Source: Bifidobacteriaceae bacterium (GTDB taxonomy: Bacteria; Actinomycetota; Actinomycetes; Actinomycetales; Bifidobacteriaceae). From it: DNA of 61,791 bases. This document shows, piece by piece, positions 40,954 through 51,075 of this stretch. Under the pieces are notes generated by a model that had not been told where the DNA came from, ran no database searches, and saw only the letters and a program-made list of their open reading frames with translations. Position numbers and translations under genes: made by a program. Position 1 is the first letter of the stretch. The number at the start of each line of letters is the position of its first letter. The stretch is from NCBI GenBank assembly GCA_029227215.1, contig JAQXZM010000029.1:1-61791 (forward strand). Reading direction: 5' to 3'.

Positions 40954-41277
40954 TGTTCCTCGATTCTTTTCTTTCTTCGTGCCAGGCATCCGCGGGTGCG
41001 CCGCGGGGCGATCTGCGGGGTAATCCGCAGGGGTCGCGGGGACCCGTGGGGAATCCGCGGAACCCCGGCCTGTGGGATGTACGGCGGATGCGCAGCGGAT
41101 GCCTGGTTCTCGGTGAATTTTCCACTGGTGCGTGGTGCGGGCGCACGACCTCGTGCCGCTCGCGATGTGCCCTCATCATAGGCATGGCGCACGGTTCCCA
41201 CCAACGAGACACGCGGTGCAACACGCCGACAATCCGCGGCGTGTACGGCGTGGCGCGGGTGGGATTCAGAAAGGATT

Positions 41278-41787
41278 CGCCGATTGCGGAAGTCGGCAGG
41301 CCATCCGAGTGCGGATCAACGTCCGCAATCGGCGCCGGATCGATGGCGCGCCGATTGCGGAGGTTAGAAGGCCGGAAAATGGGGCCGAAACGTCCGCAAT
41401 CGGCGCGGGATTATTGAGGCGCCGATGCCGGACGTTAGGAGGCCTGATTTTGCCTGCCAGACGTCCGTCTTCGGCGCCGGAATTATGGGGCGCCGATGGC
41501 GGAAGTCTGGAGGGCGAAAAATGGGGTTGTAACGTCCGTCTTCGGCGCCTCAGTATGCGGGATGCCGTGGTCGAAGAATCCTATTGAAAATTATTGACAC
41601 ATGTGCACGAAATTTTCAATAGGAATGGGTGGGGAGGAATAACCGGCGTGCAAACGTCCGTCTTCGGCGCTGCATTGAGGAGGCGCCGATGCCGGAGGTT
41701 TGGAGGCCTGATTGTGCCTGTCTAACGTCCGTCTTCGGCGCGCTTCGGAATCGGCGCCGGATTGAGGAGGTGCCGGTTGCGGAGGTT
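41278..41787. repeat. Array of 57-bp hairpin units at a 71-bp period (family B)
   Basis: Units start at 41278, 41349, 41420, 41491, (41613, right arm only), 41684; partial unit at 41771. Confidence 0.9.
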
Positions 41788-41898
41788 TGGGGAATTGGAT
41801 GGGGGAATTGGCTGAGGAGGTTGGCTGGGGATGATAATGGGGAGGGAATGCAGATTATTCAGGCCGGATAGCTGGATAGCCGGATAGAAGGAGCGGGC

Positions 41899-42501
41899 AT
41901 GAGTTCGAAGAAATTGGATATGACGGCGCAGCCGCGCGTCGTCGACAGCACCGACGTGTTCCATGGGCCGATTTTCACGGTGAAAGATCAGCACATCGCG
42001 CTGCGCGCCACCGATGGCAGCGATGTGACGATCCGCCGCCAGCTCATCGACCATGCGCCGGCGGTCATCATGCTCCCCCACGACACCGAACGCGACCTGT
42101 ACCTGGTCGAGAAGGAATACCGCGTGGGGCGCAACGCGTTCGTCATGGGCCTGCCCGCCGGCATGATCGAGCCGCACGAGGACCCTCGCAAGGCGGCGCT
42201 GCGCGAGCTGCACGAAGAAACCGCCGTGGTGCCGGACGACTACGAGATCATTGAGGCTGCGCAATGCTATTCGTCCGAGGGTATGACGAACGAGATGGCG
42301 TACACCTATGTGATCGACATCCACAAGTGGCATGCCGAGCACCAGGAGCTCGACCCGGACGAATACGTGGCGTACCGCTGGGTGAATTGGGACGAGCTCA
42401 CGACGTGCGGAATCCGCGAGGCGCATTCGTTCATCGCAATCCAGTGCGAGCAGATCCGCCGCCTGCGTGCCGGCATGGAGAGCGGCAACGCCGGCGAGTG
42501 A
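41899..42501 (+). CDS. NUDIX hydrolase (ADP-ribose pyrophosphatase-like)
   Basis: Nudix box PAGMIEPHEDPRKAALRELHEET. Confidence 0.9.
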   Translation: MSSKKLDMTAQPRVVDSTDVFHGPIFTVKDQHIALRATDGSDVTIRRQLIDHAPAVIMLPHDTERDLYLVEKEYRVGRNAFVMGLPAGMIEPHEDPRKAALRELHEETAVVPDDYEIIEAAQCYSSEGMTNEMAYTYVIDIHKWHAEHQELDPDEYVAYRWVNWDELTTCGIREAHSFIAIQCEQIRRLRAGMESGNAGE

Positions 42502-42856
42502 CCGCTGCGGCAGAGATTACGAGCAAGGCAGGCATTGCGAGCGAGGCAAGCAGGGTGGCAAAGAGGGTGGGCATTGCGAGCAGGGTGGGCATTGCGAGCA
42601 AGGCGGCGAGCAAGCCGGCAAGTAGGGCGAAAACCGCCGTGAAAAGGGCGTGCGATGGGGCGCGCGCCCTATTTCACGCCCCCAAATGCCAAGATATTGT
42701 GATGATTGGGCGGTATCAGAACGAAAGTGCCCGGTTTCTTTATATAATGACTGAGAACTAGTAGGTTCCGTACAAGCATGCCCTGCGGGGTCCGGATTGC
42801 CCAACCAGTGCGAATGCGAAGCGTTCGTATGCTTCATTGGACGGAGAAAGGTAACT

Positions 42857-43576
42857 ATGAGCGTTCTCGACAAGTTTGAGAAAGGAGTCGAAGGTGCCGT
42901 CAACGGCGTCTTCAACAAGTTCGGCTCCAAGGATCTCCAGCCTGTTGATCTTTCCAGCGCCTTGGAGAAAGAAATCGATGCTCAGGCCATGCCGGTCGGT
43001 CGAGACCGCACCGTGGCCCCGAACGAATACCGTTTCGCACTGTCGACACCGGATTTCGACCGCATCGAGAAGTGGGGCGCCGAGGCGCTCGCCAATGAGC
43101 TCGCCGCGAACCTGACGAAGTACGCGAAGAGCCAGAACTACGCATTCGTGGGGCCCGTGGTGGTCGTGTTCGAAGAGGACTACGACCTGCAGCGTGGCGA
43201 CTTCCACCTGACGAGCGAGTCCGTGCAGGGCAACGCGGCGCCCGTCACGTCCAAGAACGAGACGAAGGACTGCCCCGTCCTCGAGATCAACGGCCGCCAG
43301 TACATGCTCACCGCACCGGAGACGCTCGTGGGCCGCGGCTCCGATTGCGACATCATCATCGACGATCCGGGCGTGTCCCGCCATCATCTGACGATCTCCA
43401 TCACCCCGCAGGGCGTGATCATGAAGGAAGTGCTCAACAGCAAGGGCCAGCCGCCCGTCAACGGCACGTATGTGGAGGGCCACCGCGTGCCCGCCGCCAC
43501 GTTGCTCGACGGCAACACGATCACGATCGGCCGCACGCGCATCCTTTACTGGGCGTCTTCCGAGACGCAGGCCTAG
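42857..43576 (+). CDS. fhaA: FhaA (DUF3662 + FHA domain)
   Basis: LQPVDL...APNEY, FHA motifs GR...SRHH...NGT. Confidence 0.88.
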   Translation: MSVLDKFEKGVEGAVNGVFNKFGSKDLQPVDLSSALEKEIDAQAMPVGRDRTVAPNEYRFALSTPDFDRIEKWGAEALANELAANLTKYAKSQNYAFVGPVVVVFEEDYDLQRGDFHLTSESVQGNAAPVTSKNETKDCPVLEINGRQYMLTAPETLVGRGSDCDIIIDDPGVSRHHLTISITPQGVIMKEVLNSKGQPPVNGTYVEGHRVPAATLLDGNTITIGRTRILYWASSETQA

Positions 43577-43611
43577 CACCGTCGAGAAGGAGGAGAAGAG
43601 AAGGCGTTCCC

Positions 43612-44184
43612 ATGACCGACCTGACATTTGCGATTCTCAAATACGCGTTCCTCGCATTGCTGTGGGTGTTCGTGTTCTTCGTCGTGCGCTCCCTGGGGCG
43701 TGACGTGAACAACCGGAGCCCGCGCGATGCGCGCAAGCGTCGCCAGAAGAACCGCCAGGCGCATGCGCCCGCCTCTCCCGCCGCGGCAACCGCAGCATCC
43801 TCGATGCCCACGGAACCCCTCGCCCGCAGCACCAGTGGCCCAGCCCGCTCAGCGCGCGCCGGCGCCCACTCCCCCGCCCGCGGTTCGTCCCAGCCCACCG
43901 TGCTGGTGATCGTGGACGGCCCGCTCGCCGGCACCACGGTGACGCTCACCGACCAGCCCATCACGCTGGGCCGCGCGCCAGACAACGCAATCATTCTTGA
44001 CGACGAATTCGTCTCCGCCCACCACGCCCGTGTGTTCCGCGACCCGGCGACCGGCTCGTGGGCCGTGGAAGACATGAACAGCACGAACGGCACCGTGGTC
44101 AACGGCCAGCGCATCCGAGGCGCGGTGATGCTGCCGGTGGGCGTGCTGGTGCGCATCGGCGCCACGACTTTCGAATTGAGGTGA
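43612..44184 (+). CDS. fhaB: FhaB/FipA FHA-domain membrane protein
   Basis: N-terminal TM (FLALLWVFVFFVV), GR...SAHHA...STNGT. Confidence 0.88.
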   Translation: MTDLTFAILKYAFLALLWVFVFFVVRSLGRDVNNRSPRDARKRRQKNRQAHAPASPAAATAASSMPTEPLARSTSGPARSARAGAHSPARGSSQPTVLVIVDGPLAGTTVTLTDQPITLGRAPDNAIILDDEFVSAHHARVFRDPATGSWAVEDMNSTNGTVVNGQRIRGAVMLPVGVLVRIGATTFELR

Positions 44185-44193
44185 CGCAGTCGC

Positions 44194-46137
44194 ATGACAT
44201 CACGCAACACCCTCTTCCTGTATTCCACAACGGTGTCCGACACCGGCTACGTGCGTAGCAACAACCAGGACTCCTCGTTCGCCGGCGAACGGCTCATCGC
44301 CATCTGCGACGGCATGGGCGGCCATGCGGGCGGCGACACCGCCTCCACGATCGCCGTGCGCTCGCTCGCGCACATCGAGAAGAATCCCGAGCACCCGCAG
44401 ACCGTGGGCGAAGTGGCGTCGCTGATGGAAACGTCGGTGATCGCTGCGCACGACGCGATCGTGGGCAAGGCCAAGCACGAACGCAAGCTGTCGGGCATGG
44501 GCACCACGGTGACCGCCGTGACGCTGGTGGAAGACCATTGGGTGCTCGCGCACATCGGCGACTCCCGCGCCTACCTGCTGCGCAACGGGCGCATCATCCG
44601 CGCCACGAAGGACCACTCCTACGTGCAGCACCTCATTGACACGGGCCGCATCACGCCCGCCGAGGCGAAGAACCACCCGCAGCGCAACGTGGTGATGCGC
44701 GTGCTCGGCGACTTCGACATCGACCCCCGCCCTGACATCTCGGTGCGCAAGGCACAGGCGGGCGACCGCTGGATGCTGTGCTCCGACGGCGTGTGCGGCG
44801 TGCTGTCGGACGCGACGATCCGCGAGACGTTGGAGACCGTGACGAATCCGCAGGATTGCGCGCAGCAGCTCGTGGGCATGGCGCTCAAGGCCGGCAGCAC
44901 CGACAATTGCACGGCGGTGATCGCCGATGCGAACATTCCCCTTGACCCGGGCGAGCCGGGGCAGCGACATCAGATTCCGCTGGTGGGCGGTGCCGTGAGC
45001 GCCGACCTGGCACCGCTTGCCGAGATTCTGGGCACCACGGTGGCCCAGGCCCCGCGCCTGCGCGACGAATACGCGAAGTCCCCGGCGCAGAAGGCGGCGG
45101 AACTCGCCGCCGCGCAGTCCGCCGAGCCCCAGCCGGGTGACGGTGGCGCTGCCGGAGCTTCTGGTGATTCAGGCGTGCAGGGTGCTGGCAATCCGTATGA
45201 TGCGGGCAATGCCGCGAATTCCTACGATGCCGGCAATACCGCCGGCGGCGATGCCTACGCCGCGTCCGATGCCGATGGCATGGGCGGCGCGGGCAATCCT
45301 GGCAATCCTGGGAATTCTGGCAATTCGGTTGGTTCACTCGATCCGAATAATCCGGAATATTCCAATAGCTCGAATAATCCGAACGATCCCGCCACTTCCG
45401 ATGCTTCCCAAGGCACCGCCGCAGAGAGCGAGCCTACGGAGGAGACGCCGAACATCGCGGTGCCCCAGGCCCAGAAGCAATCCGACAACCTGAACGCCGA
45501 CGACGAGATGATGCCCGACACGAGCGAAATCCCCATCGTCAAGAAGCATGACGGCACCGTGGTCTCCGACCCGCGCGACCCTGCCGTCGTCGTGGCGCTC
45601 GCCCATAAGAAGGCGCAGGACCACGAGCGCGACCGCAAGCGTCACCACCGCAAGCGCGGCGTCATCATCACCGTCGTCATCGTGGTGCTCGGCATCATCG
45701 CCGGCACCGGTTTCGGCGTGTGGCATTGGTCGCAGTCGCAGTACTACATCGGCGAATCCGACGGCTATGTGGCGGTCTACCAGGGCGTGAACACCGACGT
45801 GTTCGGCATGAAGATGTCGCACGTCATCCGCACCACGAAGATCAGCACAAGCAACCTGACGGAAAACACGCAGCAGCAGCTCGAACGCGGCATCACGATG
45901 TCGAGCCAGCAGGAGGCCGAGCAGCATCTCGCCATCCTCATCACCGAGAGCAGCGAAGTGCGCTCGCAACGCCAGAAGGATGACGCGGCCGCCAAGGCCA
46001 CTGCATCAGCATCTGCGTCGGCGTCCGCGTCTGGCAGCGCATCGGCCTCTGCCTCGGCATCGCCATCCGCCAGCGCCTCCCCTAGCGCTTCCCCCAGTGC
46101 CACCGCCTCGGCCTCCAGCCAGGGGGCGGCACAGTGA
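44194..46137 (+). CDS. pstP: PP2C-family Ser/Thr phosphatase
   Basis: NQDS, CDGMGGH, HIGDSR, CSDG, DNCT; TM helix and extracellular domain. Confidence 0.92.
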   Translation: MTSRNTLFLYSTTVSDTGYVRSNNQDSSFAGERLIAICDGMGGHAGGDTASTIAVRSLAHIEKNPEHPQTVGEVASLMETSVIAAHDAIVGKAKHERKLSGMGTTVTAVTLVEDHWVLAHIGDSRAYLLRNGRIIRATKDHSYVQHLIDTGRITPAEAKNHPQRNVVMRVLGDFDIDPRPDISVRKAQAGDRWMLCSDGVCGVLSDATIRETLETVTNPQDCAQQLVGMALKAGSTDNCTAVIADANIPLDPGEPGQRHQIPLVGGAVSADLAPLAEILGTTVAQAPRLRDEYAKSPAQKAAELAAAQSAEPQPGDGGAAGASGDSGVQGAGNPYDAGNAANSYDAGNTAGGDAYAASDADGMGGAGNPGNPGNSGNSVGSLDPNNPEYSNSSNNPNDPATSDASQGTAAESEPTEETPNIAVPQAQKQSDNLNADDEMMPDTSEIPIVKKHDGTVVSDPRDPAVVVALAHKKAQDHERDRKRHHRKRGVIITVVIVVLGIIAGTGFGVWHWSQSQYYIGESDGYVAVYQGVNTDVFGMKMSHVIRTTKISTSNLTENTQQQLERGITMSSQQEAEQHLAILITESSEVRSQRQKDDAAAKATASASASASASGSASASASASPSASASPSASPSATASASSQGAAQ

Positions 46138-47906
46138 CAGTTTCCGCAAGAATCCGCCAGGTCCTGCTGCTGCTCTTCGGCGTAGCGGTGGGGATTCTGG
46201 CGATGTTCCAGATGTTCATGCGCGTCTCCGGCGAGTTCCCGCATGATTACCTCGTCATGTGCGGGGAGCTTCTGGTGTTGCTTGCCGTGAACGTCGCGGT
46301 GATCTTCCACTTCCAGCGCTATGCGGACCTCACGATCCTCGCGGTCGTGGTGACGCTGGCGCTCATCGGCATCACGATGATTACGCGCATCGACCTCGAG
46401 GCCCGCGCCAACGGCGTTGCCTCCAGCGCCGGTTCCCGCCAGTTCGGATGGTTCCTCATGGGACTGGGCGTGTGCGCGCTGATGTTCGTGTGCATCCACG
46501 ATTACCGCATCTTCCGCCGGTTCTCGTATGTGTGCATGGTCATCGGCCTGGTGCTGCTGCTCTCCCCCATGATCCCGCACCTGGGCATGACGCTCAACGG
46601 CGCCCGCATCTGGATCCATTTCGGCTCGCACACGATCCAGCCCGCCGAATTCGCCAAGCTGTTCCTCGCGATCTTCTTCGCGTCGTACCTGTTCGACCAC
46701 CGCGACCAGCTGACCGTGGGCGGCAAGAAGATCGGCGGCATCCGCCTGCCGCGCCTCAAGGACCTCGGCCCCATCCTCGTGGTGTGGGGCGTGTCGATGG
46801 GCGTGCTCGTCATGCAGAAAGACCTCGGCACCGGCCTGATGTTCTTCGCGATGTTCGTGTGCATGCTGTACCTGGCGACCGGCCAGCGCAGCTGGGCGAT
46901 CATCGGCCTCGTGTTCTTCTGCGGCAGCGCTTACGCCGCCTACACGCTGTTCACCCATGTGCAAGGCCGCGTCGCCTCGTGGCTGCACCCGTTCGATGCC
47001 GCTGTGTACCAGGCGGAGGGCGGTTCCCAGCAGCTTGTGACGGGCGTGTTCGGCTTGTCGTCGGGTGGATTGTTCGGCACCGGCCTGGGCCAGGGCATGC
47101 CGGGCCTCACGCCGCTGGGCAACTCCGACTTCATCTACGATTCCCTGGGCGAGGAGCTCGGCCTTGTGGGCGTGCTCGCCATCCTCATGCTGTACCTGTG
47201 CATGGTGGTGTTCGGCATCCTCACGGCGCTGCGCTGCAAGGACGGCTTCGGCAAGCTGCTCGCCGCCGGCCTCATGTTCTCGATGGCGTTCCAGGTGTTC
47301 ACCGTGGTGGGCGGCAACACGCTGCTCATCCCGCTCACCGGCCTCACGCTGCCCTACATGGCGGCGGGCGGCTCAAGCATGATGGCGAACCTCATGCTCG
47401 CCTCGCTGGTCATCATCGTCAACAATGGCGCGAACACCCCGCAGGTGGACGCCTCCGACAGCGAATTCCAACAGGAAGCGCTCGAGGTGATCCGCAACGC
47501 GCAGAAGGAGGCGGCCGCCGCTGCACAGCGCGGCCAGGAGGCACGCCATGCCCAGAAGAGCCTGGCGCACGGCGCTGCGGTGCCCGGCCCCTCCGCCAGA
47601 CCCGCCGGCGAGCCCGAATACGATGACGAGCCCGCGATCGTGCAGACATCCCGCCAGTCTGCGCTGACCCGCGACTTCCGCAATGGGCGCGGCGCTGGCA
47701 ATGGCGATGCCGCCGGCAATCCGCACTACATCGACCCGCGGTACGCTGACGAGCAGGGAGAGGATCCAGCGCTGCTGGATCTGGGATTCGACTATTCCAC
47801 CTACCCCGATGATTCCGCGGAAACCGGAAACCCCGCCAATTCCGCGGATTCCGGCACGTCATACACCACACGCAATTCGGATGGTTCGAAGGAGGCACGA
47901 CGATGA
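46134..47906 (+). CDS. rodA: SEDS peptidoglycan polymerase RodA/FtsW
   Basis: IQPAEFAK, DLG, SDFI...EELG, PLTGLTLP...GGSS. Confidence 0.9.
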   Translation: MTVSARIRQVLLLLFGVAVGILAMFQMFMRVSGEFPHDYLVMCGELLVLLAVNVAVIFHFQRYADLTILAVVVTLALIGITMITRIDLEARANGVASSAGSRQFGWFLMGLGVCALMFVCIHDYRIFRRFSYVCMVIGLVLLLSPMIPHLGMTLNGARIWIHFGSHTIQPAEFAKLFLAIFFASYLFDHRDQLTVGGKKIGGIRLPRLKDLGPILVVWGVSMGVLVMQKDLGTGLMFFAMFVCMLYLATGQRSWAIIGLVFFCGSAYAAYTLFTHVQGRVASWLHPFDAAVYQAEGGSQQLVTGVFGLSSGGLFGTGLGQGMPGLTPLGNSDFIYDSLGEELGLVGVLAILMLYLCMVVFGILTALRCKDGFGKLLAAGLMFSMAFQVFTVVGGNTLLIPLTGLTLPYMAAGGSSMMANLMLASLVIIVNNGANTPQVDASDSEFQQEALEVIRNAQKEAAAAAQRGQEARHAQKSLAHGAAVPGPSARPAGEPEYDDEPAIVQTSRQSALTRDFRNGRGAGNGDAAGNPHYIDPRYADEQGEDPALLDLGFDYSTYPDDSAETGNPANSADSGTSYTTRNSDGSKEARR

Positions 47907-49369
47907 ACAAATCCTTGCGTCACCTTTTCTACGTCGTCGTGGTGCTGTTCGTCCTTCTGGGCCTGAGCACCTCGATGATCCAGTCGGTGTTCGCCGCCAA
48001 GCTCAACGCCGACCCGCGCAATTCCCGCATGCTCTACGAGGAGTTCAGTGTGCCGCGCGGCTCCATCCTGGCGTCGGACGGCACGGTGATCGCCCAGTCC
48101 AGCGCGGTCAACGACCCGTTCAGCTATCAGCGCTCCTACACGAACGGTGCGCTTTACGCGCCCGTGACCGGCTTCTACTCCATCACCATCAACGCCGACC
48201 GCGGCATCGAGGCCTCGCGCAACTCGCTGCTGTCCGGCAACTCCAACAGCCTGTGGTGGAGCCGGGTGAAGAACCTGTTCACCGGCACCGAGAACGCTGG
48301 CGCCACCATCCGCACATCCATCGACCCCAAGCTGCAGCAGACCGCGTATGACGCGATGTCGCAAGGCGGCTTCGACGGTGCCGTCGTGGCGATCGAACCC
48401 AAGACCGGGCGCATCCTCGCGATGGTGAGCACGCCCAGCTACGATCCCAACCTGCTCGCCTCGCACGACACGTCGGCGGTGAACGACGCCTACCAGTCAC
48501 TTGTGCAGAATGCGAGCAACCCGATGCTCAACAAGGCGACGTCCGAGCTCTACCCGCCGGGGTCCACGTTCAAGATCGTGGTCGCCGCCGCGGCGCTCGA
48601 ATCCGGCAAGTACACCGCGGATTCGCAGATCCCCGCCGGCGCCAGCTACACGCTGCCTGGCACGAACACGCAGCTGACGAACGCCGTGAGCGCCGCCAAT
48701 GGCTCGAACGGCCAGATGTCGCTCACCGACGCCTTCGCTTACTCGTCGAACACCGCGTTCGCGCAACTCGGCGTGAGCCTGGGCGCCCAGACCGTGGGCA
48801 ACATGGCGCAAGCGCTCGGCTTCGGCAGCTCCATCACGCTCGACCAAGGTTCCGAAAGCGACCAGGCGATGAAGTCCGTCGCCGCGCAGTTCCCCACCGA
48901 CGTCTCCGACGACAAGCTCGCGCTGCAAAGCATCGGTCAGGGCGACACCACCGAGACCTGCCTGCAGGACGCGCTCATCGCCGCCACCGTCGCCAACGGC
49001 GGCAAGGAGATGCAGCCCACCCTCGTCGACAGCGTGCAAAGCTCCGATCTCACAACGATTTCCACCACGAAGTCCAGCGTGCTCAACACGCCATTCAGTT
49101 CGTCCACCGCGGATGCGCTCAAGCAGCTCATGGTGGCGATGGTCAACAAGGATTACCCCTCGCTGAAGTTCGGCAGCACGCAGGTCGCCGCCAAGACCGG
49201 CACCGCGCAGAACGGCCAGGGGCTCATCGACGCATGGATCACCGGCTTCGCGCCGGCGGATGACCCGCAGATCGCGGTCGCCGTCGTCGTGCACAACACG
49301 ACGGATTTCGGCTACAAGTCCGCCGGTCCGGTCATGAAAAAGGTGTTGGAGGAGGCGATTTCGCAATGA
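47903..49369 (+). CDS. pbpA: Class B penicillin-binding protein
   Basis: STFK, SSN and KTG motifs; synteny. Confidence 0.9.
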   Translation: MNKSLRHLFYVVVVLFVLLGLSTSMIQSVFAAKLNADPRNSRMLYEEFSVPRGSILASDGTVIAQSSAVNDPFSYQRSYTNGALYAPVTGFYSITINADRGIEASRNSLLSGNSNSLWWSRVKNLFTGTENAGATIRTSIDPKLQQTAYDAMSQGGFDGAVVAIEPKTGRILAMVSTPSYDPNLLASHDTSAVNDAYQSLVQNASNPMLNKATSELYPPGSTFKIVVAAAALESGKYTADSQIPAGASYTLPGTNTQLTNAVSAANGSNGQMSLTDAFAYSSNTAFAQLGVSLGAQTVGNMAQALGFGSSITLDQGSESDQAMKSVAAQFPTDVSDDKLALQSIGQGDTTETCLQDALIAATVANGGKEMQPTLVDSVQSSDLTTISTTKSSVLNTPFSSSTADALKQLMVAMVNKDYPSLKFGSTQVAAKTGTAQNGQGLIDAWITGFAPADDPQIAVAVVVHNTTDFGYKSAGPVMKKVLEEAISQ

Positions 49370-51075
49370 GGCTCGTGCCAGGGCAGTTGATGCACCACCG
49401 GTACCGCCTGGACAAGCGCCTTGCCCAGGGCGGCATGGGAGAAGTATGGAAAGGCTACGACATCGAGCTGAACCGCCCGGTCGCCATCAAGGCGCTGCGC
49501 AGCGATCTCGACGACCCCAACAGCAGCCGATTGCGTCGTCTGCGCGCCGAGGCGCATAATTCCGCCGATCTGGCGCACCCCAACATCGCTGCGCTTTTCG
49601 ATTACTACGAGAACGGCGGCGTGGGGTTCCTCGTCATGGAATACGTCGACAGTCCCTCTCTCGCCCAGATCTACAAGGAACGCGCGCCGATGCCGGCGGT
49701 GGAGCTGCTGCCGATCCTCATCCAGGTGGCGCGCGGGCTGTATGTGGCGCATTCCCACGGTGTGATCCACCGCGACGTGAAGCCCGCCAACATTATGGTC
49801 TCCGCCGACGGCCAGGTGAAGATCACTGACTTCGGCGTGAGCTATTCCACCAACCAGGCGCAGATCACGCAGGACGGCATGGTGGTGGGCACCGCCCAGT
49901 ACATCTCCCCCGAGCAGGCGCAGGGCGAGCAGGCGACGCCGCAGTCCGACATCTACTCGCTCGGCGTGGTGGCATACGAAGGCCTGTGCGGGCACCGCCC
50001 GTTCACCGGCAAGACGAGCGTGGACATCGCCGCCGCCCATGTGAACGAACCCGTGCCTCCCCTGCCCGAGAGCATCGACTGGCGGCTGCGCGAATACGTG
50101 ATGGGCATGCTCGCCAAGGACCCCAAGGACCGCCCGCGCGACGCCCTGGAGGTCTCGCGCAACCTGCAGGCGATCCTCGACCACCTGTGGGACGAGCAGA
50201 CCGCGAACATCCCGCCGATCCGCGTGCACCGCGACAAGCCGGTGGGCCGCACGATTTACAGCGACCCCTACGAGCCGCCCGCATGGATGGTGGATTTGAC
50301 GGACCGCGCTGCGGTCAAGCGCGATGATGCCGCCCGCGAGGAGGCAGCGAAGGAAGAGGCCGCGCAAGCCGCGCACGAGGCTGCGATTGCCGCGCAGCAG
50401 GCTGTTGCCTCTGCCGCGGGTGATGGTCAGACGGCTTCCGCCACATCGGCGGGTCAGCTGGGGTCGCAGACGACCGGGCGCATCGTGGATATGCACTTCG
50501 ATGCGAGCAGCGGCTCGATTCCTGCTGCTGGCAGCTCTGCCACTGCCGGCCCCGTCGACAGCCCTGTCACCACGAGCCCGGTGATCGACGCAGCCGCCCA
50601 CGCGGCGGCGAGGTCCGCGGCATCGTCATTCGCATCCACGGCGGCCGCGGAATCCGGTTCCATGCCTGCCGCCACCGCCACGCCGGGCGCCGCGTCCACC
50701 GTGATGCCGGCGTATTATGCGCCCAAAGACACGAACGTGGGCACGAGCACCAGCCTGGGCACCAGCCTGAGCAAGGCAATCGACACGGCGTTGGCGCACC
50801 GGGCGAAAGCCGACCAGCCGCCCATGAAGCCGCCGTCGGAGCCGGTGCCACGACCCAAGCCCGTGGAGCAGCAACCGCAGCCGGCGCCATCCGTGCCGCG
50901 AGCAGCAGGGCAGCAATCCACGCAGCCGCGGCGTGTGGAGAACCAGCCCGAACAGCCCGAACAATCCGTACAACCTGAACAACCCCAGCGGACTGCACAA
51001 CCTCGGCAGTCCGCGCAACCTGAGCAATCTGAGCACACAGCAGACGAGCAGCAACCTAAGGATGGTGCGCAATGA
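49366..51075 (+). CDS. pknA: Hanks-type Ser/Thr kinase PknA-like
   Basis: GGMGEVW, VAIK, HRDVKPAN, DFG, SPEQ; long low-complexity tail. Confidence 0.9.
   Translation: MRLVPGQLMHHRYRLDKRLAQGGMGEVWKGYDIELNRPVAIKALRSDLDDPNSSRLRRLRAEAHNSADLAHPNIAALFDYYENGGVGFLVMEYVDSPSLAQIYKERAPMPAVELLPILIQVARGLYVAHSHGVIHRDVKPANIMVSADGQVKITDFGVSYSTNQAQITQDGMVVGTAQYISPEQAQGEQATPQSDIYSLGVVAYEGLCGHRPFTGKTSVDIAAAHVNEPVPPLPESIDWRLREYVMGMLAKDPKDRPRDALEVSRNLQAILDHLWDEQTANIPPIRVHRDKPVGRTIYSDPYEPPAWMVDLTDRAAVKRDDAAREEAAKEEAAQAAHEAAIAAQQAVASAAGDGQTASATSAGQLGSQTTGRIVDMHFDASSGSIPAAGSSATAGPVDSPVTTSPVIDAAAHAAARSAASSFASTAAAESGSMPAATATPGAASTVMPAYYAPKDTNVGTSTSLGTSLSKAIDTALAHRAKADQPPMKPPSEPVPRPKPVEQQPQPAPSVPRAAGQQSTQPRRVENQPEQPEQSVQPEQPQRTAQPRQSAQPEQSEHTADEQQPKDGAQ

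Noticed and set aside
41278..41787. CRISPR array call for the 71-bp-period repeats
   Set aside because: Repeats are degenerate with a variable centre, the spacers are related to one another, and there is no leader or cas gene; kept as a non-CRISPR array
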